Under the pieces are notes generated by a model that was not told where the DNA came from, did no database searches, and worked only from the letters and a program-made list of their open reading frames with translations. Made by a program: the position numbers and the translations under genes. DNA of 64,000 nucleotides, taken from assembly GCA_951406725.2 (NCBI GenBank), contig OX597826.1, forward strand, positions 49,972,001 to 50,036,000, given 5' to 3'. Each line of letters opens with the position of its first letter. Position 1 is the first letter of the stretch. The DNA comes from Octopus vulgaris (Eukaryota). Positions 1 to 13,209 of this stretch are shown one piece after another.

Positions 1-87
1 GAAGAGAAAAAAGAACATCAAAAAAAATAGTTGGAAAGAAGAAATAACATGGTCAATTATTATTATTGTTATTCTTCTTTGTATTGA

Positions 88-290
88 GCCGGCGGGCTGA
101 CAGAATCGTAAGCACGCCACACAAAATCCTGAGAAACACTACTTCTGAGTTCAAATTTCGCTGAAGTCGACTTTGCCTTTTATCCTTACGAGATAAATAA
201 AGTCCCAGTTTAACACTGGGGCCGATATATTGACAAACCCCTTTTCTCAAAATTTCAGGCCTTGTGGCTATAATAAAATGAATTATTATT
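88..290 (+). mobile_element. tRNA-derived SINE family A, diverged copy with alternative (non-Tx1) tail
   Basis: Head GGCGGGCTGACAGAATCG, B-box-like GAGTTCAAATT, central GTCGACTTTGCCTTT, tail AAATTTCAGGCCTTGTG then (ATT)n; homologous to 12797-13030. Confidence 0.85.
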
Positions 291-425
291 ATTATTTTGT
301 TAGTCTTGTTTACACGTAAAACCCTCACAACAAACTCACACACATACATACACATTCTTTTGTTTTGTCCTGTACTGTCCATAATGTTTTCCTTAATGTA
401 AACTCTTATGGTTAATAAAGGAGTC

Positions 426-496
<71 letters not shown>

Positions 497-497
<1 letters not shown>

Positions 498-1052
498 GAG
501 TGAGGGAGCAGTGCATGCCATCAAAGTGACACTGGGGTAAAATATACGAAGCCCAATATACCCATCATGACTACCCGTCTGATAAGGGTACACCAGGCAC
601 ATGCATCACAACCATATGTGCGCGACATTGATGATATCATATCAAGATAAACAGCACATGACCTTGCAGGTGGGGCCCAGTTAGAATTTTCTTCAGGTTG
701 AGTAGCCCATACCGCTCAAACGGTCCCTGAATAAGGGTTGTTTAAGGATGTTGAAAGAACCACCCATGTTTCCAGAGGTGAACTATTCAAACCCCAAATA
801 ATCCCTCTCAACACATGGCTATGATGCTCCCCCACTACTTCTGCTCGTGATCAGAGATGCACATATCGTCAGCCACTAAGGGACATGCTCAACTGGTTAA
901 GGTCAAATAACTGACAAGCAAATCTGTGGTATTGAGCAGAATATTTGCTGTAGCCCATCTTTTATACCAAGACAAAACAATGTACATGATAACACTTCCA
1001 ATGAGATAAGATCAGAAACCATGAGAGCTACTGTCTGGTACTGCATCAGGGC
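497..1052 (-). mobile_element. ~555-bp non-coding element inserted in (TAA)n; second copy at 60081-60589
   Basis: Nearly identical to 60081-60589 with the same two ends, both copies flanked by ATT/AAT repeats. Orientation is assumed from neighbouring (TAA)n-targeted LINEs. Confidence 0.85.
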
Positions 1053-1062
1053 AGTTATTATG

Positions 1063-1112
<50 letters not shown>

Positions 1113-1124
1113 CGTTATTATTAT

Positions 1125-1340
1125 TCCTTCGTAATACAGTGTAGGTAAAAATGCACCGGAGTCTTTAGTCATCTGTCAAGTCACAACAAGGACCTCAGAC
1201 AAATAATACTTTCGTTAAGATATGCGCCGTGCCCAACAAGGCTGCTTTTTGTAAGACATCAATCTTCCATGGGATTTCCAGCTACCTTAAGAAGTCTTGA
1301 AGTTTCAATGGGATTGAGCCCAACGCACCGATCATCACTA
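1125..1340 (-). mobile_element. 3' fragment of RLE-type non-LTR retrotransposon (Dong/R4-like)
   Basis: Minus strand reads IGALGSIP...DVLQKAALLGTAHILTKVL, matching the C-terminus of 15378-15860; flanked by (ATT)n. Confidence 0.8.
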
Positions 1341-1376
1341 GTATCTTATTATTATTATTGTTGTTGTTGTTGTTAT

Positions 1377-1480
1377 GGCGAGCTGGCAGAATCGTCAGCA
1401 CCTTGGACAAAATACTTAACGGCATTTCGTTTTGCTTTATGTTCTGAGCTCAAATTCCGCCGAAAACGACTTTGTCACCA
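1377..1480 (+). mobile_element. SINE family A, 5' fragment
   Basis: GGCGAGCTGGCAGAATCG...TCTGAGCTCAAATTCCGCCGA. Confidence 0.8.
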
Positions 1481-1732
1481 CCCCCCTTTCTCTGTTCCTT
1501 ACACAGACATATGTTTGCATGTACGTTTAAGTGTAGATATGTACGGATAGACGGATAGAGGGAGGGGGAAGTGATCGATTTGCGGGGCACTATGAAAGGA
1601 AACAAGAACGGGGGTGGGGTCAATCGATTAGATCTCTCCCATAAAGCTTCAGGTCTTGTGCCTACGCAAAACACTCACTTATATATACACACACATTCTT
1701 TGTGGTTAATAAAGAAACCATTATTATTATTA

Positions 1733-1775
<43 letters not shown>

Positions 1776-2068
1776 GTTATTATTGCGGAAATCTTATACA
1801 TTTGTTTATTGAAGTATTGTAGTATGATTTATTTGACATTTCAGGAACAGGTGAAAATAGATTTGAGCTAAACATCTGAATTAAGTGTCCAGGTGCTACT
1901 ACAGGTGTTGTAATAATGTTACGGCATTGATAGTCGTGTTCTTCTATATTTCAACAAAGCTTTATTTTGTTACACTTGATCAATCAACAGGGCTGTTAGA
2001 TTTTATTGTGAAACACATACCTGTTCATTCTATGAGCTGTTTCTTTTTTATCTCCTCTCTCCCCGAAC

Positions 2069-2130
<62 letters not shown>

Positions 2131-2186
2131 GCGTGTGCGTGTGTGTGTGTATGTGTGTGTGTGTGTTTTTGTGTATATACATTATA

Positions 2187-2231
<45 letters not shown>

Positions 2232-2236
2232 GTATA

Positions 2237-2420
2237 TCTATTATATAAAATCCGTTCTGCCTGTCTGTCTGTGTGTCTTCTAGGATCTCGGGCATCTTCC
2301 ATCCGATTGCGTTCAAATTTGATATGAAGATACCGACGGTATCAGGGCTTGTATAAGTCTTGAAAAAATTACAAAAATCGATTCCAAGTGAGAATGCGAT
2401 CGATAAAGCCTTTTTTTTCC
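2237..2420 (+). mobile_element. Probable 5' end of a non-autonomous Helitron-type element
   Basis: TCTATTATATAAAA, then a (CTGT)n tract, then ATCTCGG...CCGATTGCGTTCAAATTTG, the layout of microsatellite-bearing non-autonomous Helitrons. The 3' end was not found. Confidence 0.5.
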
Positions 2421-2773
2421 TCCTTTTCTTCTGTCAACCTGTACATAACTGCACTTTCCATTTATTTGGGGTTTTTTTGTACTGCTTAAAGGCACGTTTC
2501 TTTCCTGCCAAGCTTACTGTTTAAACCATGTTTGTGTTCTCCCAGTCAACAGCCTTATCATTACTGGTACTTTAAATTCTTCTGTTGCATATTTGTTGTG
2601 AATAAAATATTTTTTCTTCTTTATTTCTTCTTTTGCTGGTGTCTCAATATTAGGTTAAATCAGTGTTTCTCAAAGAGGAGGCCTAGGGTTAAACTCATCT
2701 CGCGCTGTCAGCTTATAAGATTTCCGTTGAGATCATACGCCGATTTCAAAAACGAAAAAAGTGAAAATTATAG

Positions 2774-2960
2774 ATAATATGGGGTGGCTAATTCGCAGTT
2801 TTACAACCTAAAGCTCATTAAGAGAGTGCTTTTGTTGGCTAGTGAGATTTTGACTCTAACTTCTAGCAATATTGGTGCGGATTAGTGATATTGTTCACTT
2901 TAGTGACATATATATTTTTGCCTTTAAACTGTAAAATTACGATTTAGCCACCCATATTAT
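2774..2960. mobile_element. MITE with ~31-bp imperfect terminal inverted repeats
   Basis: ATAATATGGGGTGGCTAATTCGCAGTTTTACA (2774-2805) versus TGTAAAATTACGATTTAGCCACCCATATTAT (2930-2960). Confidence 0.65.
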
Positions 2961-2965
2961 TTATT

Positions 2966-3017
<52 letters not shown>

Positions 3018-3069
3018 TGTGTGTCTATACATATACACATGTATACAAATATATGTAAATATATATATT

Positions 3070-3614
3070 CTTTTCTACTCAAGGCACAAGGCCCATAATT
3101 TGGGTGGAGGGGGACCAGGCGATACTTAATTTATCGACCCCGAAAGGATGAAAGGCAGAGTCGACCACGGCATAATTTGAACTCAGAACATAAAGACAGA
3201 CGAAATACCTATTTCTTTACTACCCACAAGGAGCTAAACACAGTGAGGACAAACAAACGAATTAAGTCGATTACATCGACCCCAGTGCGTAACTGGTACT
3301 TATTTAATCGACCCCGAAAGGATGAAAGGCAAAGTCGACCTTGGCGGAATTTGAACTCAGAACGTAGCGGCAGACGAAATACCTATTTCTTTACTACCCA
3401 CAAGGGGCTAAACACAGAGGGGACAAACAAGGACAGACAAACGCATTAAATCGATTATATCGACCCCAGTGCGTAACTGGTACTTATTTAATCGACCCCG
3501 AAAGGATGAAAGGCAAAGTCGACCTCGGCGGAATTTGAACTCAGAACGTAACGGCAGACGAAATACGGCTACGTATTTCACCCGACGTGCTAGCGTTTCT
3601 GCCAGCTCGCCGCC
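3070..3614 (-). mobile_element. SINE family A head-to-tail trimer
   Basis: Three bodies with GACCCCGAAAGGATGAAAGGCA; a single head at ~3614; junctions CAGACGAAATAC/CTATTTCTT at ~3210 and ~3383. Confidence 0.9.
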
Positions 3615-3979
3615 TTATATAGATGTATATATTATAAGTATAATGTGTGTGCTTCCTTGTAGTGAATACGAATTATTTGTATATACATGCGACCTGTATG
3701 TATATTTATATATTGTTCTTCGCATCATTTTTGCATCCTTTGTGTGAATCATTTTTGGTACAAATTTCACACAAAATACATCCGCTTCCAAACTTAAAAA
3801 CAATTATTACTCACGCACACACACACACAAACTTACACATACACATAGCCACACACATATACACGTACGTGTGTATGTTTGTATGCATGTATGCATGTAT
3901 GTATATGTGTGTGCGCATATATGTGTACATATACATACACATATATGCATACGCGCATACATAGACACATACAAACGCG

Positions 3980-4017
<38 letters not shown>

Positions 4018-4061
4018 TGGATGTGTAGGTGTTGATAGAAAAACAAACATGCGTATCCAAA

Positions 4062-4109
<48 letters not shown>

Positions 4110-4607
4110 GTATACATATGTATGTGTGTATGTGGGTGTGGATGTATGCGTACAAACATATATATATATATATATGCATACATATATATATATACATATA
4201 CACATATATATATACATATACACACACACACGCACATATATATATACATATATATACATACATACATATTATATAACACAAACATATAGTGATAGCCGTC
4301 ATCAATTCTATAGACGCCTACCTCAATGTGTAGAGTGCATTTGGCAAGGATTGTATTTATGGTGCATATATCAATAGAAGGAAAATGGAAGCGGATGAGG
4401 AGTAAAATCAACAATAGTGATATGCTATCCAGTCTGTAGAATTTCCGGCACCACGGAGACTAGTCTGAAGACCAGCATCTCTCCCTCGTCAATGCCAATG
4501 GGAAGACGTTTGATAATTCAATGCCTGGTAGATATTTCTGGCGACAAAAACAACCACAACGACAATATCAACAACAACAGCAACAACACTGATAAAAATA
4601 ATAACAA

Positions 4608-4970
4608 CGGTTTCAAATTTTGGCGCAAGGCCACCAATTTTAGGGGAGGTGTAACTCGATTACATTGACCCCAGTGTTTAACTTGTAGTTATTTTGTCGA
4701 CCCCAGAAAGAGAAAAAGGGTAAGTCGACCTTGGCGGTATTTGAACACAGAAAGTAAAGTTCCTGACGAAACGCTGTTATGTATTTTGTTTGAAGTGCTA
4801 ATTAATAACTCTGCTAACTCGCTGTCAAATACTACGAATAATAATGGTTTCAAGTTTTGGCACAAGGCCATTAATTTTGAGGGGAGGGTGAGTAATCGAA
4901 ACCATCGACCCCACTATGTGACCGGTACTTTATTTTATCGACCCCGAAAGGATGAAAGGCAAATTCGACT
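4608..4970 (-). mobile_element. Two degenerate SINE A copies
   Basis: GTCGACCTTGGCGG...TTGAACACAGAA and GACCCCGAAAGGATGAAAGGC, with alternative tails. Confidence 0.75.
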
Positions 4971-4997
4971 TACATGTGGTGGTCGTACAGGAAGTAG

Positions 4998-5185
4998 TAA
5001 GGAATGGCTGTGTGGTAAATAGCTTGCTTACCAACCACATGGTTCCGGGTTCATTCCCACCGCGTGGCACCTTGGGCAAGTGTTTTCTACTATAGCTTCG
5101 GGCCGATTAAAGCCTGGTGAGTGGATTTGGTAGACGGAAACTAAAAGAAGCCCGTCGTATATACATATATATGTGTGTGTGTGTT
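4998..5185 (+). mobile_element. SINE family B, 5' half
   Basis: TGGCTGTGTGGTAA...GGTTCCGGGTTC...CTTGGGCAAGTG...GGTAGACGGAAACT; matches 52764-53153. Confidence 0.85.
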
Positions 5186-5534
5186 GCAAGTCTGGTGAGG
5201 CTGAATGGACCTACTCCGAGTATATCCATTCTAAATTGGATAGAAGAAACTGGAAGATGGCATTTCCGATGCCTTCAAGACGGCGAAATAAACCGGGACG
5301 TTTAAAGAAGGATTTTCCCCCGAATTACCTTAAGAAGACTTCCCCCGCTATTAGAGATTTTATTTATTCATCTATGTATTTTTCTGAATTATAATTATTT
5401 TTATTCAATCTGTTTCCTTTTTGCTCAAAGTGAACCTCTCAGTTTTGCATGCTGTATTTTGTCCTTCATTATCTCCGGCCCTAGCAATAAAAGGAACCAT
5501 CATCATCATAGTCATCGTCATTATTACTGTTGTT

Positions 5535-5565
<31 letters not shown>

Positions 5566-5618
5566 CTCTTCTTCTTCTTCTTCTTCTTCTTCTTCTTCTT
5601 CTTCTTCTTCTTCTTCTT

Positions 5619-5842
5619 GGGCGGAGAGCTAAGCAGAATCGTTAGCACGACATGCAAAACGCTTAACGGCATTTCGTCCGTCTTTACGATCTGAGTTCGA
5701 TTTCCGCCGAGGTCGACTTTCCCTTTCATCCTTTTCGAGTTGATAAAATAAATACCTGTTTCACACTGGGATCGATGCAATCGACTTATCCCCTTACCCG
5801 AAATTTCTGGCCCTGAGCCAAAATCTGAAAGCCTTATTATTA

Positions 5843-5899
<57 letters not shown>

Positions 5900-6055
5900 G
5901 CTGCTGCTGTTGTTGTTGTTGTTGCTGATGTTGTTGTTGTTGTTGTTGTTATTGTTCTGCCGAGGTCGACTTTGCTTTTCATCCTTTTGGGGGTCGATAA
6001 AACTACTATCCCCCTCCGAAAATTTCAGGCCTTTCTGCCTATAGTAGAAATTATT
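5619..6055 (+). mobile_element. SINE A copy plus a second 3' fragment separated by (ATT)n/(GTT)n
   Basis: GGCGGAGAGCTAAGCAGAATCGTTAGCACG...GAGTTCGATTTCCGCCGAGGTCGACTTT; second GCCGAGGTCGACTTTGC at ~5959. Confidence 0.85.
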
Positions 6056-6091
<36 letters not shown>

Positions 6092-7229
6092 TTCATTCAT
6101 TTATTCATTATCATTGTTGTTGTTGTTGTTTTCGTAGTAGTAGTAGTAATTTTCCAAGCACCTAAAAATTCTAACGTTTATTTTACGGTTAAAGTAGCCT
6201 TTTCTGCCAAATATTGAACTCAAAGAGGGAACTAAAAGAAACAGTTCTAATATTAGATATTCTCCAATATCACAATTATCACTCAAGAATTAACATATAT
6301 GATTGGCTATCCTTATTCCGATTCCATAAGACTCTGAACTGATACGAAATAGATGACTAATTAATATAACAATTTTTTTGATGTTCCTAGATAGTTAATA
6401 TTACTTTTCACGATGTTACTGTTGCATGTACGTATGTTTTGTATGCTTGTATATTTGTGTGTGTGTATGTTTTTATATATATATATATATATATATATTT
6501 ATTGTGTGTGTGTATATAAATATATATACAGTGTGTATGTGTGTAAGGTGTTGAAAAAATGCTTGTTGCACACAAAAATTTAAAGAAAAGTTTTTCTTAA
6601 AATAAAGTTATTTACTGCGTAAAAAAGTCTCAGAAAAACAGAATGACACGAATTTTTAGGAAGGAAATTTTCGTTTTGTGTATAAACACTTTCGCTCCTA
6701 TACGTTTTTCAAACACACGTGTTATGGCGTGGTGCGTATAGCTTGTAAGTAATCCATATATACAACTTACCAACAAAGCGCCTACACACAATATGAAAAC
6801 TTCCTCCCAAATTGTTCTGTCATTCGGTTTTTCTTAGGCATTTTGTATGTAATTAATAGCTTTATTTTAAGAACATCTTTCTCCTGAGAATTATAGGTGT
6901 GTGTGTGTGTGTTTGTGTGTACTTACACTCACACATACATACAAACTTTAACGCTCTGGAAGAATGGAAGAAGCCTTGTGCGTTTTGAGCCGATGTTCTT
7001 CTACAGAATGGAATGACGAGAAAAAGCAGATGTATACACACACACACACACACACGCGCGCGCACAGAGCCACGCGTGTGCACACACACTCACTCACAGT
7101 TGCGTCCGAGCGTCTGTGAGAGCTAATCCGTAATTTCCAAGCGTTTTTCATTGTTTACATATACACTTACAGACACCCCACGTCTATGTCGATTACACAC
7201 TCATCGGCACAGTTGTATATTTATATGCC

Positions 7230-7344
<115 letters not shown>

Positions 7345-7419
7345 GCACACACACACACACTCACACATGAGCATCGCCATTGTCGACGTCGTTATCATCT
7401 CATCGTATCACCACCACCA

Positions 7420-8049
7420 GCACTACAACCACCACCACTACCACCACCACCATCATCACCATCATCATCATCATCATCATCATCATCATTATCATCATCA
7501 TCAAGAACCACATCACATACACAAACGTACATTACTGACATTTCAAGAACGCTGTTTATGACGTTTCTCAGCCATGATGCGGGTGAATGTTGGTCATGTT
7601 GATAGTGTTGTTATCGATGTTGTCATTGTTGTCGGTGGTGGTGGTCGTCGTCGTCGTCGTCGTGGTGCTGTTGTTGTCAGTAGTGGTGATGGTTGTCGTG
7701 GTGGTGGTTGTCGTAGTGGTCGAGGTGGTGGTGGTGGTGGTTGTCGTAGTGGTCGAGGTGGTTGTGGTGGTTGTAAAGGTGTTGGTTGTCATAGTAGTGG
7801 CGGTGAGGGTAGAGGTGATGGTGGAGGTGGAGGTGATGATGATGGTGGTGGTGGTGGTGCTGCTGCTGCTGCTGCTGCTGTTGTTGTCAGTGGTGGTGGT
7901 TGTGTTGGCGTTGGTCGTCGTAGTAGTAGTGGCGGTGAGAGTGGAAGTGATGGCGGAGGTGATGGTGATGGTGGTGGTGGCGGCGGTGGTGGTGATAGTT
8001 TTCGTGGTGCTAATGGTTGTGTTGGTAGTCGTCATCGTCGTCCTCGTCA

Positions 8050-8093
<44 letters not shown>

Positions 8094-8270
8094 AGAGTGG
8101 GGGTAGTGGTGGTGACAGTGGTTGTGGGGATTGCGTTGGTGGTAAATGTGGCATCAGTGGTGGGGGGGTAGTGGTCGTGGTGGGGATGTCTATGATGGCA
8201 GTGATGGTTACAACGTTGACGATGACGCTGTTGCTCCTGCTGCTGCTGCTGTTGCTGCTGCTGTAGTGAA
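7420..8270. repeat. Compound trinucleotide low-complexity tract (CAC/CAT, GGT/GTC/GTA/GCT)
   Basis: Seen directly; explains the poly-T/V/G ORFs. Confidence 0.9.
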
Positions 8271-8569
8271 ATGGTCAAATAAATAAATAGACAATAAACA
8301 TTAGATGCAATCAGGAAATAATGGCTCCTCAGTCTGTCTTTGGAATATATAAATAAATAACTTGTCAGGGTGACGACTTCCGGGTGGATGGTGGTGGGGT
8401 GGATTGAGTGTTGTACGAGTCTATCATATCGGTTGCTTAGATTTTGGTAACGGCTGTCTTCTGTGAATGCAATAGCATGTTCCAGCTGGCCGGGTCGTGT
8501 TTAATCAACGCCGTCTTCTCAACTTTGACACGCTAGAGAAATATGAAAGAAAACAGAAAAGATGTAGTG

Positions 8570-8610
<41 letters not shown>

Positions 8611-8782
8611 CTCTTATGTCCAATATCTACCTCAATTCCGTTTTTGCAACCACTCCTAAGCAGTTCTATTCTCGCCGTCGATCTGAATGGAATATACCGA
8701 ACTCGTTCTGTCTTTATTCCCTCCCTAGTTGATCTTATTTTCCTTTTCTTTTCATTCATTTTCTATCTACCTATCTCTCTCT

Positions 8783-8824
<42 letters not shown>

Positions 8825-8896
8825 TTTCTCTCTTATACTTTTTTCTCTTCTGTCAATGCTGGGGTGGTGAGGAGATTTCAGTATCCAGTACTTATA

Positions 8897-9262
8897 AAAT
8901 GCCCCAATGGTCTGCGCAACACTGATCCTCGGCCAGTCAAGCCGTACTCTACCACCAATCCAATAGGAGAAGAGTGGGAAAAGGCGAGCATCTGGCGTCT
9001 TCAAATAACCAGTGCTCCGGATAGGCTGTACTCGTTAACCTTGGATGGCAAAAAGCCTATGAGAAGGACCACTCTGAGTTCAAAACCAGGGGAGCAAGGC
9101 CTCAGCCGCCTTGGCGGACTACTTTGATGGAGATGGTGCCTCGATAAAAATACTAATCTCCTGTAGAACTCCATAGTGGAGCTGCTACCGACTGCATTGA
9201 CCGACTAGCAGAGCGCTGTGAGCGCTAGCTGACACTTCAGGTATCAAGCGCCCTTTCTTGAT
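8897..9262 (+). mobile_element. Possible 5' UTR fragment of an RTE-clade LINE
   Basis: Contains CCTTGGATGGCA...GAGAAGGACCACTCTGAGTTCAAAACC, resembling the GGCAACC..GAGAAGGAAAACTCTGAxTTCAAACC motif I recall from RTE 5' UTRs; not verified by search. Confidence 0.4.
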
Positions 9263-10844
9263 CTAATAATAATAATAATAATGATAATCCTTCCTATTAT
9301 AAGCACAAAGCTTGAAGTTTGTGGGGAGGTGCTAGTCGATTTCTTTGACTCCAGTATTCAACTGGCGCTAATTTTATTGATTCCTAAAGATGAAAGGCAA
9401 TAATAATAATAGTGCAAGGAGCATTTCATCCCAAGTGTGATACTGTTAGGCTGTACTGTCCAGAAGAAAGGGTGGTAGAAGTTTGATCAGTTGCCAGGAA
9501 TGTGTAGAAGCAGAGAAAAACAGCTTAGAGTAGTTTGTAAAAAATGCCATGGAACCATTGCTGAAGCATGTTCAGAAGTCGGTATAATCAAAGTTGTAAA
9601 GTAAGAAAAACTTAAAGAGAAAAAGAACACGGAAAAAGAAATAGCGTGGGACGTGAATTTTGAACTCGGAACGTACAGATCTGGAAAAAATAACGCCAGC
9701 AATTTGTTCAACGCTCTAACGATTCTGCCAGCCCACCAACTTAGTTCAGTCTGGTTTTATGCTGATAGCTCTTTTCGCTAATTCTCTCTACTTTTCTGAC
9801 TTATCAATCCAAAATAGTGGCGTATGTTTTCCGAAAGTGACAAAATACCTGCAGAAGTATTCGATTTTATGTTTTTAGCACGGAATGTCTCTGTGTCCTC
9901 TCTAAAATCCTGCTTCGAATTTCGTTGTCGTACCCGGTTTGCAAGATTCTCGATGTCAACTTGTGTGTTGAGACATATTTTGTTGTATCTCGGGAGGGTC
10001 AGCATCCAAATAAGAAACACACGCACTGGTTCTGTTTCACTTTATATTTGTCAAATGGGTCATGTCAGTATTGAAGGCATGGATAACAACGAAAGAAGTT
10101 TGAAAAACTTAACCGTTTGATTGATTAAACGAACGTTTCATCAAACAATCGATTAGTTCATTGGCTACATGATTTTAAAAATTGACAAATAAAGAAGTGA
10201 AATAGAACCAGTGAAAGTGTTTATCATTAGCAAAATGGCCTATCTGAAGATAGAACAAAATCTGCTTAGTATTATTTTGGTTTAGTCTTTCATTATGACC
10301 AAATTATTTTCAAAGAAAGAAGCACACGATATACTTCTTACCCTATCGTTTAACAAAACAACCACCACTCCTGCCAGAAAGGAATGTGTCTTGGCTGTCG
10401 CTAAAACCAAACCAAAAGAAACACCCTACTGTGTCTCGCAAAGAATCAATATGAACAACTAATTCTAGCCATAACAAGTAGTTTACTATCCGAACTAGAT
10501 TACAGATTCAATAGTAAGGTGGCCCATGATGATTGATGGTGTTTCGATACTGGACTAAAAAATACCTCAGATCTGAAGGTAGGATTTTAACCCAGAACTG
10601 TAAACTAACGAATTTAACTTTATCATCGCCTAAATTGATCATTTGCTGCTATCTCTTAATGCCTGTGTATAGTAAATTGCGCGATTGAGGAATTAAGTGA
10701 CTTATACATAAACTTCAATACGACACTATGACATAGGCAGGTTCTATGCAGTACAATACCTTCTAGAACATCCATGTTTCCCTGTTCATTCTTATAACTT
10801 TCATCTCAAGTATCTCCTTTTTGATACATGAAACAACGGCGAAG

Positions 10845-11065
10845 CTTTCACGTGACCATTCGAACTACAAGAAAGACAGCCAAATTATTCTCATATCACA
10901 TTCTCCCGTCAAAAACAAACAAATGAGAGAATGCATTGAATAACGTAATTCTACATTGACTAGGTCTAAACTTTAAAAAAAGAAACAGGATGGTCAGGTT
11001 GGGGACGCCTTTTGTCATAAGTTACTCTGTTCAATTTGGGCTGACGTGAGGATGAAAACAACTAC
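10845..11065. repeat. Old dispersed repeat (family D); related copies near 26925-27125, 39140-39320, 51585-51790, 55100-55730
   Basis: Shared degenerate blocks (AGCCAAAT / ATTTGGCTG.TATTT.TAGCA, GGATGGTCA.G.TGG..GCCTTT) at several loci. Confidence 0.5.
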
Positions 11066-11419
11066 TACAATAACGTCTGTATCAAAAGTCAATGCAAGGC
11101 AATGTTGTCTGCAATATCGTCTGCGGTATTGTCTCAGTCTGACGTCTGCAGTAAGAGACGTATTAAGCTGATGACGTCAGTCGCGTAAAGCATTTAATTT
11201 TTTATCAAACAGTTCATTAAACTCTTGCAGCCTACTCTCACGTAATGACAGATTTGCAGTGCAGTTTCTTGGACTTTCATTCTATAGTCTGCTATCAGCT
11301 CATGCATCCTGTAGTTTACGGTTTCCAATGTCATATCCGCAAACAATTTTTTCGGTTTCACTTTTATTTGCTTTTAGTGTGACATGTATGTGCTCATAGT
11401 ATTATGTTTCTTAAGTGCA

Positions 11420-11500
<81 letters not shown>

Positions 11501-12134
11501 TGTGTGTGTGCGTGTGTGTGTGCGTTTGCGTGTGTGTGTGCGTGTGTGTGTATACACACATACATATATGTATATGAATATACACACACACATACATACG
11601 CACACATACATATATGCGAGTAAGAGGTAAAAAGAAAGCAAGGGTGAGTGTGTATGGTTCGTATGTACACACGTACTCACACACAATCACAGACACATTT
11701 GCTCTCAGACTCAAACACATTCATATATAGGTATGTATTTGCTTTTGTTTGCGCTTGAATATATAACTAAAATATAGAAGTACTCAATACAAACAGGTAC
11801 TGTACACATATTTTTGTTTTTTATCAAAAGCTGATATTATTCCTTCATCGTAGCTAGTAGTTTCACGATTATGAGGGTCATACGGAGAGGTAAATTGTAT
11901 CAAGCTACAAGATATTATTTAATATATACATTTAAACTTCTCAGAAAGAACATGACAGTTGTTTTATTTGTCTGACTGTCAACACGTTGAAGGCTAGATG
12001 TACTCGGCATATACATTCCTTCAGACATGTTGAGAAATATAATACGCTAATCACTGCCTCAATATACTTGACAATTGCAAGAGAGCTCAAAAAGATTTTC
12101 CCAACCAAATTTTTTAATCGTCGAGACATATTGC

Positions 12135-12256
<122 letters not shown>

Positions 12257-12455
12257 TACAAAACTATGTATATTTGAATGCATGTATATATATGTGTATA
12301 TAAACAAATATCAATGTTGCGCCAGAAAATTATTTCTCTCGATTTTCCACAATATTATTTTTGTATACCATCTCATATGGTATCCTGTATGCTTGAATTT
12401 AGAGTACATCAGATTGTCATCAGTTTCATTATTACAAAACTAAATAAGTATGTAT

Positions 12456-12608
<153 letters not shown>

Positions 12609-12796
12609 CCAGTAATATATCAGATAAGTATAGACTTAATGTATATAAACTATGATTGCACATTGCATGCATAAAACTCAGTATCTAACTCCATATGCAT
12701 GGTTGACTGGTTGGCTGACTGGCTGACTGGCTGGCTGTGCATGTGTGTATTGTATCATACGTCATAGATGCATGTATCTTTACCAGAAAAGTATAA

Positions 12797-13030
12797 GGCG
12801 AGCGACCTGGCAGAAGCGATAGCACGCCGGGCAAAATGCTTAGCGGTATTTCGTCTGCCGTCACGTTCTGAGTTCAAATTCCGCCGAGGTCGACTTTGCC
12901 TTTCATCCTTTCGGGGTCGATAAATTAAGTACCAATTACGCACTGGGGTCGATGTAATCGACTTAATCCGTTTGTCTGTCCTTGTTTGTCCCCTCTGTGT
13001 TTAGCCCCTTGTGGGCAATAAAGAAATAAG
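12797..13030 (+). mobile_element. Full-length SINE A with Tx1-like tail
   Basis: Head, B box GAGTTCAAATTCC, core GCCTTTCATCCTTTCGGGGTCGAT, tail ...TTAGCCCCTTGTGGGCAATAAAGAAA; 12-bp TSD AGAAAAGTATAA (12785-12796 and 13029-13040). Confidence 0.95.
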
Positions 13031-13117
13031 AAAAGTATAATATTAAAGGAATTTTAAGTAACCTAGTGGAGGACACAACATTGCGATTCAGTTCCGTTGG
13101 CTGTGCAGTTGAACTTG

Positions 13118-13169
<52 letters not shown>

Positions 13170-13170
13170 C

Positions 13171-13209
<39 letters not shown>

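Noticed and set aside
9849-9995. Possible minus-strand exon (..VDIENLANRVRQRNSKQDF..SA, donor GTATTT)
   Set aside because: Weak acceptor, no recognisable homology, no partner exons; needs RNA-seq.
11040-11180. Cluster of CRE-like TGACGT(CA) sites
   Set aside because: One perfect 8-mer in 64 kb is near chance expectation and there is no linked gene.
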